A DNA stretch of 64,000 nt, from contig JBDWLM010000003.1 of NCBI GenBank assembly GCA_039973155.1, forward strand, positions 221,823-285,822, written 5' to 3'. The position numbers were made by a program, and so were the translations under genes. This document shows, in pieces, positions 37,886 through 46,987 of this stretch; the stretch's first letter is position 1, and every line of letters begins with the position of its first letter. The stretch is from Erythrobacter sp. Lineage in GTDB: Bacteria > Pseudomonadota > Alphaproteobacteria > Sphingomonadales > Sphingomonadaceae. Under the pieces are notes generated by a model. That model worked only from the letters and a program-made list of their open reading frames with translations. It ran no database searches and was not told the DNA's origin.

Positions 37886-39043
37886 ATGTCACGCCTAACC
37901 CGGGGATTGATGGGCCTCACCCTTAGCACCCTGCCAGCGCTGGCTTTCAGCGCAGACAACGTGGAACTCCCCAGCACCCTAGCCATGACGGCCTATGGCA
38001 CCGGCTCTGCCGGCTACAGCCAGATGGTATCCATTGGCAACCTGCTGCAAAACGAATACGGCACCTCGGTGCGTATCCTGCCGGGCGAAAACGACGTGTC
38101 CCGGATGACGCCTTTGAGAACCGGCCGGGTGCCCCTGTGCGCCTGCGGCATCGCCAGCTACTACGGCTCGGAAGGCGTGCTGATGTTTGCTGACGAGAAC
38201 TGGGGACCACAGCCAATTCGCGTGATCACCACCTCGATCGCCAGCTTCGGCCTGGGCATTGCGGTTGCGGGAGATATTGGTGTGGAATCACCTGAAGATC
38301 TGCGCGGCAAGCGGGTGTCCTGGATTCGCGGGGACGACGCCCTGAACCTGGGCACCGAGGCCTACCTGGCCTTTGGCGGGCTGACCTGGGACGACGTCGA
38401 AAAAGTTGAATTTCCCGGCTACGGCCGTGCCTTCGAGGGCATCATCGCCGACCAGACCGACACCGGCTTCACCGTTAGCGTCGCACCACCTCCCCAGCAG
38501 TTGGCCGCCAGCCCCCGGGGCATTGTCTGGCCCGAGCTGGATCCGGCCGATAAAGAAGGCTGGGCACGACTGCAGAAGGTAGCACCCTACTTCCAGCCGC
38601 ACACGGTGACCTCGGCCGCCGGCGATTACGGCAAAGACAAACCCTGGGTTGGCGCCAGCTACCCCTACCCGATCCTGGTGGCGAACGCCTCCACCGACGA
38701 CGCACTGGCAAAAAGCCTGATCCGCGTCTTCATCGAGGACTATGACAAGTACAAGGATGCCGCCCCCGGCAACGCCGGTTACCGTCTGGACAACCAGAAC
38801 ATGCAGTGGGTTATCCCGTTCCACGATGCGGTGGTGGACTACTACAAAGAGATCGGCCACTGGACCGACGAGATGCAGGCGCACCAGGACATGCTGGTGG
38901 AGCGCCAGCGGATCCTGAAGGAAACCTGGGACAGCTACATGGCCAACAACCCACCCTCCGATGAGGACGCCTTTGGCAAAGGCTGGATGGCCGCTCGCGC
39001 CAAGGCGCTGGAAGCGGCGGGTATGAATCCGGTTTTCCGCTGA
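37886..39043 (+). CDS. TRAP transporter solute-binding protein, TAXI family (paralogue)
   Basis: Start trimmed to ATG 37886, preceded by AAGAGGA. Signal peptide ends ...LPALAFSA. Carries the same conserved blocks as 36415-37599. Confidence 0.8.
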   Translation: MSRLTRGLMGLTLSTLPALAFSADNVELPSTLAMTAYGTGSAGYSQMVSIGNLLQNEYGTSVRILPGENDVSRMTPLRTGRVPLCACGIASYYGSEGVLMFADENWGPQPIRVITTSIASFGLGIAVAGDIGVESPEDLRGKRVSWIRGDDALNLGTEAYLAFGGLTWDDVEKVEFPGYGRAFEGIIADQTDTGFTVSVAPPPQQLAASPRGIVWPELDPADKEGWARLQKVAPYFQPHTVTSAAGDYGKDKPWVGASYPYPILVANASTDDALAKSLIRVFIEDYDKYKDAAPGNAGYRLDNQNMQWVIPFHDAVVDYYKEIGHWTDEMQAHQDMLVERQRILKETWDSYMANNPPSDEDAFGKGWMAARAKALEAAGMNPVFR

Positions 39044-39132
39044 TCCCCAGGCCGGGGCAAACCGCCCGTTTGCTCCGGCCAACACCTTGATTGCCCGCCC
39101 CGTTGCCTATTACGTGTTCGGAGTTACCCGTC

Positions 39133-41124
39133 ATGCATCCTGAAACTGAACCATCGTCATCACCGGAGAACATATCCGGCATCCGCCAGCTTACGGGCTT
39201 CTGGCTCTGGATTCCCCGGCTGGCCACAGTCATCCTGACGCTGCTAACCCTGGACTACCTGTTCAATCTTCAGCTCATCAACTTTGTCACCCAGGTTGAA
39301 AGCCAGTTTTTCTACACCGTGGTGACACTGATGCTGCCCCTGGTTTACGTGCTCTGGCCGATGAACCGGCATTCGTCCCGCACTCGGGTGCCGTGGTACG
39401 ACGTGCTGCTGTTTCTCGCGACCACGGGTATTTGCGGGTTCTTCGTGTTCAATGCCGAACAGATTCTCGATCGGGGCTGGGAATACGCCGCGCCCGACTA
39501 CGCCATGGTGATGAGCTTCCTGCTCTGGGTTGTGATTATTGAAGCGGTGCGCCGCGCCGGCGGCTTGCCCATTGCCACCATCGTGGCGATCGCCAGTATC
39601 TATCCGATCTTTGCCGACCTGGTGCCCGGCCCGATTCAGGGCTTCCCCTCCTCGCCCGAGCAGACCGCCATTTATCACGCCATGAGCCGTGAGAGTGTCA
39701 TGGGAATTCCGCTGCAGGCCTTTGCCAATCTGGTGATTGGTTTCCTGCTGTTCGGGGTGGCGCTGCAACAGACCGGCGGTGGCAAGTTCTTTATTAACCT
39801 GGCCTTTGCCCTGCTCGGCCACGTTCGCGGCGGCCCGGCCAAGGTGGCGGTGTTCTCCAGCGGGCTGATGGGCTCGATGAGCGGCAGCGTTATTACCAAC
39901 GTGCTGACCACCGGGGTGCTGTCCATTCCCGCCATGCGCAAGGTGGGTTTCAGTAAATCCTACGCCGCCGGCGTGGAGGCCTGCGCATCCACCGGTGGCG
40001 TGCTGATGCCACCAGTAATGGGCGCGACAGCTTTTATCATGGCGGCGTTCCTGAACATTCCCTACGGCACCATCGCCCTGGCGGCGGCGGTACCCTCGGT
40101 GCTCTATTTCCTCGGCCTATTTATCCAGATTGATGCCTACGCGGCCCGCCACGAATTGAAAGGCCTGCCTGCGGAAGAATTGCCATCCATCCGACAAACC
40201 TTGAAGGAAGGCTGGTATTTCATCTTCGTGTTCGCGTTGCTGATCTGGCTGCTGTTTTTCCTGCGCCAGGAAGCCACCGCGCCCTTCTACGCCACCGCGC
40301 TGCTGCTGGTGATCAACCAGATCCTGCCCTACCAGCGCTGGGGCTGGCAGCAGGTGAAAGACTTCTTCTCCAGCTCCGGCAAGCTGTTTGCCGAACTCAT
40401 CGCCATTCTGGCCGGGGTAGGCCTATTGGTTGGTGCCCTATCGGTAACCGGCCTGTCCGGCACCATCGCCAACGACCTTATTTTCCTGGCCGGCGGCAAT
40501 ACCCTGGTGCTGTTGATGATGGGCGCCCTGACCAGCTTTATCCTCGGCATCGGCATGACCGTGACCGCCGCCTATATCTTCCTGGCGGTGGCACTGGCGC
40601 CGGCACTGATCAACGGCGGCGGCATGGATCCGCTGGCGGTGCATCTGTTCATCCTGTACTGGGGCATGCTCAGTTTCATCACCCCACCGGTGGCCCTGGG
40701 TGCCTTTGCGGCAGCCACGGTCGCCGGCTCGCGCCCGATGGAAACCGGGGTTCAGGCAATGCGCCTGGGCAGTGTGATCTACTTCATCCCCTTCCTGTTC
40801 GTGCTGAACCCTGCGCTGATATTCCAGGGCAGTTGGGATGAGATTCTGGTGGTGATTACTCAGGCCATGGCGGGTGTTCTGCTGATTGCAGGCTCGATTC
40901 AGGGCTATCTGTTGGGTGTGGGTAATCTGACTCTCAGCAAACACCTGCAGTGGCCGGTAAGGCTGGCGCTGTTGACCGGCGGCCTGCTGCTGGCCATTCC
41001 CGGCGGCGGCCCGGTGCCACTGAGCAACCTGGAGCTGTCCCTGATCAGCGCCCTGCTGATTGTTCCGGCGGTTGCGGTGGCCTGGCTGGCGGCGCGGAAG
41101 TCCCGGGCGCCGGCTTATCAATAA
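39133..41124 (+). CDS. TRAP transporter fused permease (paralogue)
   Basis: Start trimmed from the tracked TTG to ATG 39133, which has GGAG 9 nt upstream. Polytopic and colinear with 34395-36383. Confidence 0.85.
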   Translation: MHPETEPSSSPENISGIRQLTGFWLWIPRLATVILTLLTLDYLFNLQLINFVTQVESQFFYTVVTLMLPLVYVLWPMNRHSSRTRVPWYDVLLFLATTGICGFFVFNAEQILDRGWEYAAPDYAMVMSFLLWVVIIEAVRRAGGLPIATIVAIASIYPIFADLVPGPIQGFPSSPEQTAIYHAMSRESVMGIPLQAFANLVIGFLLFGVALQQTGGGKFFINLAFALLGHVRGGPAKVAVFSSGLMGSMSGSVITNVLTTGVLSIPAMRKVGFSKSYAAGVEACASTGGVLMPPVMGATAFIMAAFLNIPYGTIALAAAVPSVLYFLGLFIQIDAYAARHELKGLPAEELPSIRQTLKEGWYFIFVFALLIWLLFFLRQEATAPFYATALLLVINQILPYQRWGWQQVKDFFSSSGKLFAELIAILAGVGLLVGALSVTGLSGTIANDLIFLAGGNTLVLLMMGALTSFILGIGMTVTAAYIFLAVALAPALINGGGMDPLAVHLFILYWGMLSFITPPVALGAFAAATVAGSRPMETGVQAMRLGSVIYFIPFLFVLNPALIFQGSWDEILVVITQAMAGVLLIAGSIQGYLLGVGNLTLSKHLQWPVRLALLTGGLLLAIPGGGPVPLSNLELSLISALLIVPAVAVAWLAARKSRAPAYQ

Positions 41125-41170
41125 CGGCTGATGACTTGGGGCAGCGAGCGATGGCAGACGATCGCCAGCG

Positions 41171-42082
41171 CTAGCTGCCCAGCTCATCGGCAAACAACTG
41201 GTCGACCACCAGTGCCACCAATTCCCGCACCATTGAGCCGTTGCGTTCCGGGTGGCGATGGCTGCAAAAGCTCAGGGTGGTACTGAGTGCCGCCTCATTG
41301 AACTCAACCACCTTGTTGCGACTGGCCCATTCAGTGGCCAGTGAGTGCTCCACCAAGCCATAACCCAGGCCCGCCGACACCATGGCCAGCGCGGTGTACT
41401 CATCCTCAGAGGTTGCCACGCGCCTCGAACGCTGCCACTCGGACCCCATCAGCTGCTGCAACATGCCGTAGAACGCGCAAGAGTTGGTGGGCCATATCCA
41501 GGGTAACTCCATGACCTCGGCCGGATCGCTGGGCAATGCCTGCAACGGCGAGTCTGCCGGCCCAATTACCGACACCGGCACATCCATCAGGTACTGGAAA
41601 TCCAACTGATGGTTGTGCCATTCGCCGTAAACGAAACCGCAATCCAGCTCGCCGCTGGCAACCCTCTCAACAATGACATTGGATGAAATGGTGCGCAGCT
41701 CCAGTGACACCGCCGGCAGGGTTCGGGCACACAGCTGAATCAGTCGATCAACCCGCAAATGCTCCGGCGGCGCGTTGATACCAACGGTGATGGACACCGA
41801 CTGGTGCTGGCCCAGCTGACGGGCCAGATCTGCCATTTCCTCAACACCCCCCAAGGCCTTGCGCGCCGGCCCCAGCAACAGCTCGCCTTCGCGGGTCAGG
41901 ACCATGCCCTGGCTGTTGCGATTGAACAACCGGACGCTGAGCGCTGACTCAAGCTGTTTCAAGTGCTCACTGACGGCCGAGGGCGTGCTGTGACGCCGCT
42001 GGGCTGCACGGGTGAGATTGCTCTCTTCCGCCACCAGAACGAAGGACTTCAGGCGATCCAGTTTCAGGTTCATGGCATTCAT
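41171..42082 (-). CDS. LysR-family transcriptional regulator
   Basis: 303 aa. N-terminal HTH LKSFVLVAEESNLTRAAQRRHSTPSAVSEHLKQLE. Confidence 0.9.
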   Translation of the reverse strand: MNAMNLKLDRLKSFVLVAEESNLTRAAQRRHSTPSAVSEHLKQLESALSVRLFNRNSQGMVLTREGELLLGPARKALGGVEEMADLARQLGQHQSVSITVGINAPPEHLRVDRLIQLCARTLPAVSLELRTISSNVIVERVASGELDCGFVYGEWHNHQLDFQYLMDVPVSVIGPADSPLQALPSDPAEVMELPWIWPTNSCAFYGMLQQLMGSEWQRSRRVATSEDEYTALAMVSAGLGYGLVEHSLATEWASRNKVVEFNEAALSTTLSFCSHRHPERNGSMVRELVALVVDQLFADELGS

Positions 42083-42203
42083 ATTTTACGAACGCTCCGT
42101 CAAAAGAATACTGATAGACCACTAGGATCAATACCACCTAGAGTGTTTTTCATAGGGTGCGCGTTCAGCATAACGCAACGCGATCAACGAGAGGAAGCAG
42201 GAG

Positions 42204-42470
42204 ATGAACACTCACAACAGCTTCAACACCAGCCTTACCGACAGCCAACTGGACGCCGCCTGCGATGCGTTGCGCGCGTGCCAGGACCGGCAGATCGAAA
42301 TGAAGAAAACCTTACTCGCTATACTGCGTCAATGGTGGCAGCGGGCTCGCCAACGGGCGGCACTGCGCCGGCAACTGATGGAAATGGATGTTGCACTGAT
42401 CGAAAAGGACATCGGTGTGCCGGCGGGCACTCTCGGCGAGGAAGCCTACAAACCTTTCTGGAAACACTGA
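42204..42470 (+). CDS. DUF1127-domain small protein
   Basis: 88 aa. Arg-rich segment followed by ...DIGVPAG...YKPFWKH, which resembles the DUF1127 C-terminus. A good SD (GGAG) lies upstream. Confidence 0.6.
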   Translation: MNTHNSFNTSLTDSQLDAACDALRACQDRQIEMKKTLLAILRQWWQRARQRAALRRQLMEMDVALIEKDIGVPAGTLGEEAYKPFWKH

Positions 42471-42485
42471 CCACGGAGACCGTTT

Positions 42486-43178
42486 ATGACCACCCTCTAC
42501 ATCGCCAACAAGAACTATTCCTCCTGGTCCCTGCGGGCCTGGTTGTTGATGACCGAGCTGAGACTGCCGTTCGAGGAAAAGCTGATTCCGTTCGGAGACC
42601 CGACGGCGTGGAACGCCTTTCGGGCCGAGGGTGGCAGTGGCAAGGTACCAGCTCTGCAGGACGGAAGCCTGCATGTCTGGGATTCCCTTGCCATTATTGA
42701 CCATCTGGCCGAGTGCCATTCTGAGGTCTGGCCCGCCGACCCAGTGGCCCGGGCCTGGGCCCGAAGCGTCTGTGCCGAAATGCACTCCGGCTTTCCGGCC
42801 CTGCGGGAGCTTTGCTCCATGAACATCGGGGTCAAGGTGCGCCTGAACACCCTGCCCCCTGAACTGGCCCGGGATATCGAACGCATCGCCGCGATCTGGC
42901 TGGAAGGCCTGAGCCGATTTGGCGGACCATTCCTGGCCGGAGACCGCTTCACCGCGGTGGACGCCTTCTTCGCTCCCGTCGTGTTCCGCTTTGAGACCTA
43001 TAGCCTGGACCGCAGCCCCGCCATGGCCGAGTACATCCAGCACATGCTGGCGCAACCCGGCATGCAGGCCTGGGCCCAGCAGGCACTGACTGAACCCTGG
43101 ATAGAACCGAGGCATGAAGCGGACTGCGAACTGGCGGGCAAGATTGTGGAGGACCTGCGCGGCCCGGTCAGTGCGTAG
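42486..43178 (+). CDS. Glutathione S-transferase family protein
   Basis: 230 aa. N-terminal thioredoxin-like domain with a YSSWSLR motif, and an alpha-helical C-domain. Confidence 0.8.
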   Translation: MTTLYIANKNYSSWSLRAWLLMTELRLPFEEKLIPFGDPTAWNAFRAEGGSGKVPALQDGSLHVWDSLAIIDHLAECHSEVWPADPVARAWARSVCAEMHSGFPALRELCSMNIGVKVRLNTLPPELARDIERIAAIWLEGLSRFGGPFLAGDRFTAVDAFFAPVVFRFETYSLDRSPAMAEYIQHMLAQPGMQAWAQQALTEPWIEPRHEADCELAGKIVEDLRGPVSA

Positions 43179-43196
43179 GACATAGCCCGGACTCCG

Positions 43197-44297
43197 TTAT
43201 TCGTACACGTCGTGCAGTGCCAGGGCTTTGAAATCCGGAGTTACTCCCAACCCTGGCCGGTCACTCAGGGTCATCCGGCCGGACGATACCTCAGGTGCCC
43301 CGTCCGCCAGCTGCACGGTGTTGTAGTTGTGCAGGTCGGTGGTGTTGAGCAAGGTCCGGGCCGGGGTGCTGGCGGCCAAATGAGCGTAGGCCGCGGTGGC
43401 AATACCACTGCCCCAAGCGTCTTCTATGGTCAGGGCAATACCAGCGTCGACACAGACGTCACGAATAACGCGGGACGGAGTCAGGCCACCAAACTTGCTG
43501 ACCTTTAGCGCCATGGCATCCATGGCGTCGTCCCGAATGGCGCGCCGTACGTCGGCCAGGGAATTGAGACTCTCATCCAGCTTGAGTGGATGCCGTGCCC
43601 GGCGCCGGATCGACAGGCATTCCTCGTAACTGCGGCACGGTTGCTCCAGATACAGGTCCAACCCCTCCACTGCCCGGGAAAACCGCAGGGCCTGGTCCCG
43701 TCGCCAGCCACCATTGATGTCGCCAACCCAGATCTCGTCCGGCTGTTTCTTCCGGCCAAGGGTCTGCATCAGCTCAATATCTTCCTCGACGCTGTGACCG
43801 AGTTTGATCTGGATATGGCGGAACCCCTCGGCGCGATAACGGCTCAGAGTCTCCTCCATCTCCGAGGATTCCGCCAGCGGCACAATCCGATGCAGTGGCA
43901 TCGACCGGGTCAGCAGCCCGCCGAGCAGGGCATACACCGGCATGCCGGCTGCCTTACCGAGCAAGTCCCAACAGGCGATATCGATAGCGGCCTTGGCGAC
44001 CGCCTGCCCGTTGAGCGCCTGCTCCATGGATTCGTTAATGCGGGTGATGTGCAATGGGTCTTCACCCAGAAGGGCGGACGCAAGCACCGACAGACAAGAA
44101 GGCAGGCCCTCGGCGAAGGCTGGCATGTAGTTCGGGCCACAGGGACAAACCTCCCCGTACCCCATCAATCCTGTATCGGTGGTTAACACCACCACCGTAC
44201 TCAGAAAATCCTGATGGGACCGCCCCCCGGCAAATGCGTAGGCCTTACCGGCGTAGGGCAAATTCGCGGTGTACACCGCAATGCTCTCGATACGCAT
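43197..44297 (-). CDS. Enolase-superfamily enzyme (mandelate racemase/muconate lactonizing family)
   Basis: 366 aa. Metal-ligand contexts GDINGGW, YLEQP and KLDES. General-base Lys in ALKVSK. Confidence 0.85.
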   Translation of the reverse strand: MRIESIAVYTANLPYAGKAYAFAGGRSHQDFLSTVVVLTTDTGLMGYGEVCPCGPNYMPAFAEGLPSCLSVLASALLGEDPLHITRINESMEQALNGQAVAKAAIDIACWDLLGKAAGMPVYALLGGLLTRSMPLHRIVPLAESSEMEETLSRYRAEGFRHIQIKLGHSVEEDIELMQTLGRKKQPDEIWVGDINGGWRRDQALRFSRAVEGLDLYLEQPCRSYEECLSIRRRARHPLKLDESLNSLADVRRAIRDDAMDAMALKVSKFGGLTPSRVIRDVCVDAGIALTIEDAWGSGIATAAYAHLAASTPARTLLNTTDLHNYNTVQLADGAPEVSSGRMTLSDRPGLGVTPDFKALALHDVYE

Positions 44298-44367
44298 GAC
44301 AGACCTCTCGCTCCAGGTCGTTTCCGCATCTTCTGAGCATAGTCCGATCAGGCCAACGCTGCCGCTT

Positions 44368-44697
44368 TTATCGGGGATTCACCGGATTGGAGTAGCCATC
44401 ACCTTTTACACCCAGCCGGTCGAGGTAAACGTGCAGCTCGGCCACACTCATGTCGACGTACTCAAGCACCCGGCCGTAGAGCATAGCGGTGGGCACGTTG
44501 CGCCCGTTCAGTTCACGCTGGGTTTCATGGATGACGTAAAGAATCAGCCGCTCGGTACGAGTCAGGCCGTCACGCACATCAGGAGCCGAGTCTATAGGGG
44601 CTTGCCATTCAATCTGAGTCATGTTCACCAGTTTACCAAAAGGCCGCTCTTTGCGTTCGGTTTCTGACAGACGCTTACGCACAGCAGAACATTTCAT
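44368..44697 (-). CDS. Small protein resembling the N-terminal winged-helix segment of GyrA/ParC
   Basis: Only the 3' 330 nt of the tracked 360-aa ORF is credible, because the rest overlaps two plus-strand genes. Candidate starts are ATG 44697 and ATG 44622. The sequence PDVRDGLTRTERLILYVI... aligns with GyrA [18 protein letters not shown].... Confidence 0.5.
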   Translation of the reverse strand: MKCSAVRKRLSETERKERPFGKLVNMTQIEWQAPIDSAPDVRDGLTRTERLILYVIHETQRELNGRNVPTAMLYGRVLEYVDMSVAELHVYLDRLGVKGDGYSNPVNPR

Positions 44698-44820
44698 GTC
44701 TGTCGGCTCGGTGGGCTTGAGTGTCGCCAGTGCGTCCCCGGAACAGATTGCCGAACCCCGGTGCCCTGAGTCACTATGAAGCATCGTCCTCAAGGATAGC
44801 TCCGAAGGAGAACACCAAAC

Positions 44821-44997
44821 ATGCCAACCATTGGATGGATCTTTCTGATCGTTGCCCTGGCCCTGATTGTCGGTGGCCTCATGATCCTGCGTGATTCGGC
44901 CCACAGCATGAAAATCTCCGACGAAAAAATGGCCAAGATCCGCAAGCGCAAGGCCGAGCTTGAAGCTCAGGAAAAAGCCGACGACGACTGGAAGTAG
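44821..44997 (+). CDS. 58-aa single-TM peptide (DUF2897-like)
   Basis: Not in the ORF track because it is under 60 aa. Translation is MPTIGWIFLIVALALIVGGLMILRDSAHSMKISDEKMAKIRKRKAELEAQEKADDDWK, with one TM helix and a charged tail. The family call is from memory. Confidence 0.45.
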   Translation: MPTIGWIFLIVALALIVGGLMILRDSAHSMKISDEKMAKIRKRKAELEAQEKADDDWK

Positions 44998-45075
44998 GCG
45001 CGGCGGATTAACCCGTTTCGCCATTGCTACGATTCGGCGCAAGCCACAGACAAGATAGCTGACAGGAGAGTCGAA

Positions 45076-46170
45076 ATGGCTGAGTTCCAGGTTTTCAGGA
45101 ACCACTTTTCCAAGCACCGGCTGATCACCAGCCCTGCGACCGAAGCCATGCCAAGCCCCGGCGAGGGCGAGATCGTGGTCAGGATCGAACGGTTCTCTTT
45201 CACCGCCAACAACATCACTTACGCTGCGGCTGGCGACCAGCTCGGATACTGGCAGTTCTTCCCGCCCTCCGAAGACCCTGACGACGAGTGGGGCATTATC
45301 CCGGTATGGGGCTTTGCCGAGGTCGTCGCCTCGAACGTCGAGGAGGTCCCGATCGGTGACCGGCTGTTTGGCTACTTCCCAACCGCCAGCTACCTGACCA
45401 TCACACCGGCGGGCGTGACCAATCAACGCCTGCTGGACGGCGCCCCTCATCGCGCGAAGCTGCCCATTGCCTACAACAGTTACACCCGTGTGAGTTCAGA
45501 GCCGGGCTATGATCGCGCCACCGATGACGAACGTATGCTGCTGTGGCCGCTTTACATCACATCGTACTGTCTCTGGGATCAGCTGCAGGACAACGACTGG
45601 TACGGCACCAGCCAGGTGGTGCTGCTCAGCGCCTCCAGCAAAACCAGCATCGGTCTGGCCTACGCCCTGCAGGGTGATGATTCGGCACCGCAGGTTTCGG
45701 CCCTCACTTCCGAGCATAACCTGGAATTGGTGCGCGAGCTGGGCCTGTACGATCAGTGCCTCAGCTACCCAACCCTGACGGAAATCGACGCCACCAAACC
45801 CACCGTGGTGGTTGATATGTCCGGCAGCGGCGAAATCCTGGGGCAGTTGCATCAACATCTGGGCGATAACATGGTGCACTGCATCAACGTTGGCCTGACT
45901 CACTGGAGCGAAACCCAGCCAGGCGCAGGTGTGAACCGGGACCGCAGTGAGTTCTTTTTTGCCCCCAGCCACATCCAGAAGCGGATGAAAGACTGGGGCC
46001 CCGACGAATTCACCCGCAAGACCTCCGCGTTTATTCGGAATACGGCAGTCCAGAGCCGGCAATGGCTGACCCTGAGGAAGGTATCGGGCCTGCACGACCT
46101 GGCGAAAGTGTATCCGGAGGTGTGTGAGGGTCGGGTACCGGCCGATGAGGGACTGATTATTGAACTCTGA
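45076..46170 (+). CDS. DUF2855-family (MDR-like) protein
   Basis: 364 aa. The N-terminal GroES-like segment (GEGEIVVRIERFSFTANNITYA) and overall length match my recollection of DUF2855. Confidence 0.6.
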   Translation: MAEFQVFRNHFSKHRLITSPATEAMPSPGEGEIVVRIERFSFTANNITYAAAGDQLGYWQFFPPSEDPDDEWGIIPVWGFAEVVASNVEEVPIGDRLFGYFPTASYLTITPAGVTNQRLLDGAPHRAKLPIAYNSYTRVSSEPGYDRATDDERMLLWPLYITSYCLWDQLQDNDWYGTSQVVLLSASSKTSIGLAYALQGDDSAPQVSALTSEHNLELVRELGLYDQCLSYPTLTEIDATKPTVVVDMSGSGEILGQLHQHLGDNMVHCINVGLTHWSETQPGAGVNRDRSEFFFAPSHIQKRMKDWGPDEFTRKTSAFIRNTAVQSRQWLTLRKVSGLHDLAKVYPEVCEGRVPADEGLIIEL

Positions 46171-46810
46171 CGCGCCGCTCACTGAGGACAGGCTGCGCCA
46201 CGGCGCCGAGGCCCTGGCGACGATGGACCCGGATCTGGCGCCGCTGCTGGCCCGCTTCGGCGTTCCTCCCCTGTGGCCGCGGGAGCCGGGCTTCGCCACC
46301 CTGGTGCAGATCATCCTGGAACAGCAGGTCTCGCTTAAAGCGGCGAAGACCATGTTCGAACGCCTTGAGCAGGCGCTGCGCGGGGTGACACCAGCGTCCG
46401 TGCTGAGGGCCGGTGAAGATGGCCTGAAAACCCAGGGCCTGACCCGCCAAAAAGCCCGATATTGCTACGAACTGGCGCACCGTGTGGCCGAGGGCGAATT
46501 GCCGCTGGATCGGCTGCACCAGTGGTCCGAGCCTGAGGGGCGCAAGGCCCTGCTTGCAGTGCCCGGGCTGGGGCCCTGGAGTGTCGATGTCTACTACCTG
46601 ATGGCGCTGCGCCGGCCGGATATCTGGCCTCAGGGTGACCTGGCGCTGGCTGTGGCCCTGCAGGAGGTCAAGGGCCTGGAAGCGCCACCCACACGCGATC
46701 AACAAAAACGATTGTCCGACCCCTGGTCACCCTGGCGCGCCGTTGCTGCCCGCCTGCTCTGGGTGCATTACCTGGCCGCCCGTGGTGATTATGCAGGGCC
46801 CGGCCGCTAA
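46160..46810 (+). CDS. HhH-GPD DNA glycosylase (AlkA-like 3-methyladenine glycosylase II)
   Basis: 216 aa with a TTG start that overlaps the upstream stop. Helix-hairpin-helix LLAVPGLGPWSVDVY and a catalytic Asp context WPQGDLAL. Confidence 0.8.
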   Translation: MNSDAPLTEDRLRHGAEALATMDPDLAPLLARFGVPPLWPREPGFATLVQIILEQQVSLKAAKTMFERLEQALRGVTPASVLRAGEDGLKTQGLTRQKARYCYELAHRVAEGELPLDRLHQWSEPEGRKALLAVPGLGPWSVDVYYLMALRRPDIWPQGDLALAVALQEVKGLEAPPTRDQQKRLSDPWSPWRAVAARLLWVHYLAARGDYAGPGR

Positions 46811-46830
46811 CCTCGTCGGCCACGTCAACC

Positions 46831-46860
46831 AGCAACACACTGCCTGCCCAGTGTGTTGCT
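46831..46860 (+). terminator. Stem-loop downstream of the AlkA-like gene
   Basis: AGCAACACACTG-cctgcc-CAGTGTGTTGCT is a 12-bp perfect stem starting 21 nt after the stop. A T-run follows only about 12 nt later. Confidence 0.55.
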
Positions 46861-46987
46861 ACTCTGTACACATTTTTCTACATAAAATACTTCAGGCTGC
46901 AGTGCGATCAACGATAAGATTAAAAATTAATCAATTCTCTCTTTCAGTCACTGGCCTTCAGGGCCCCAACCAGTTTGTCAGCCGATC

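Noticed and set aside
44698-45450. The upstream 250 codons of the tracked 360-aa minus-strand ORF.
   Set aside because: This part overlaps the plus-strand 58-aa membrane peptide gene and the 5' end of the DUF2855 gene, and it has no recognisable features. Only the 3' 330 nt are kept as a gene.
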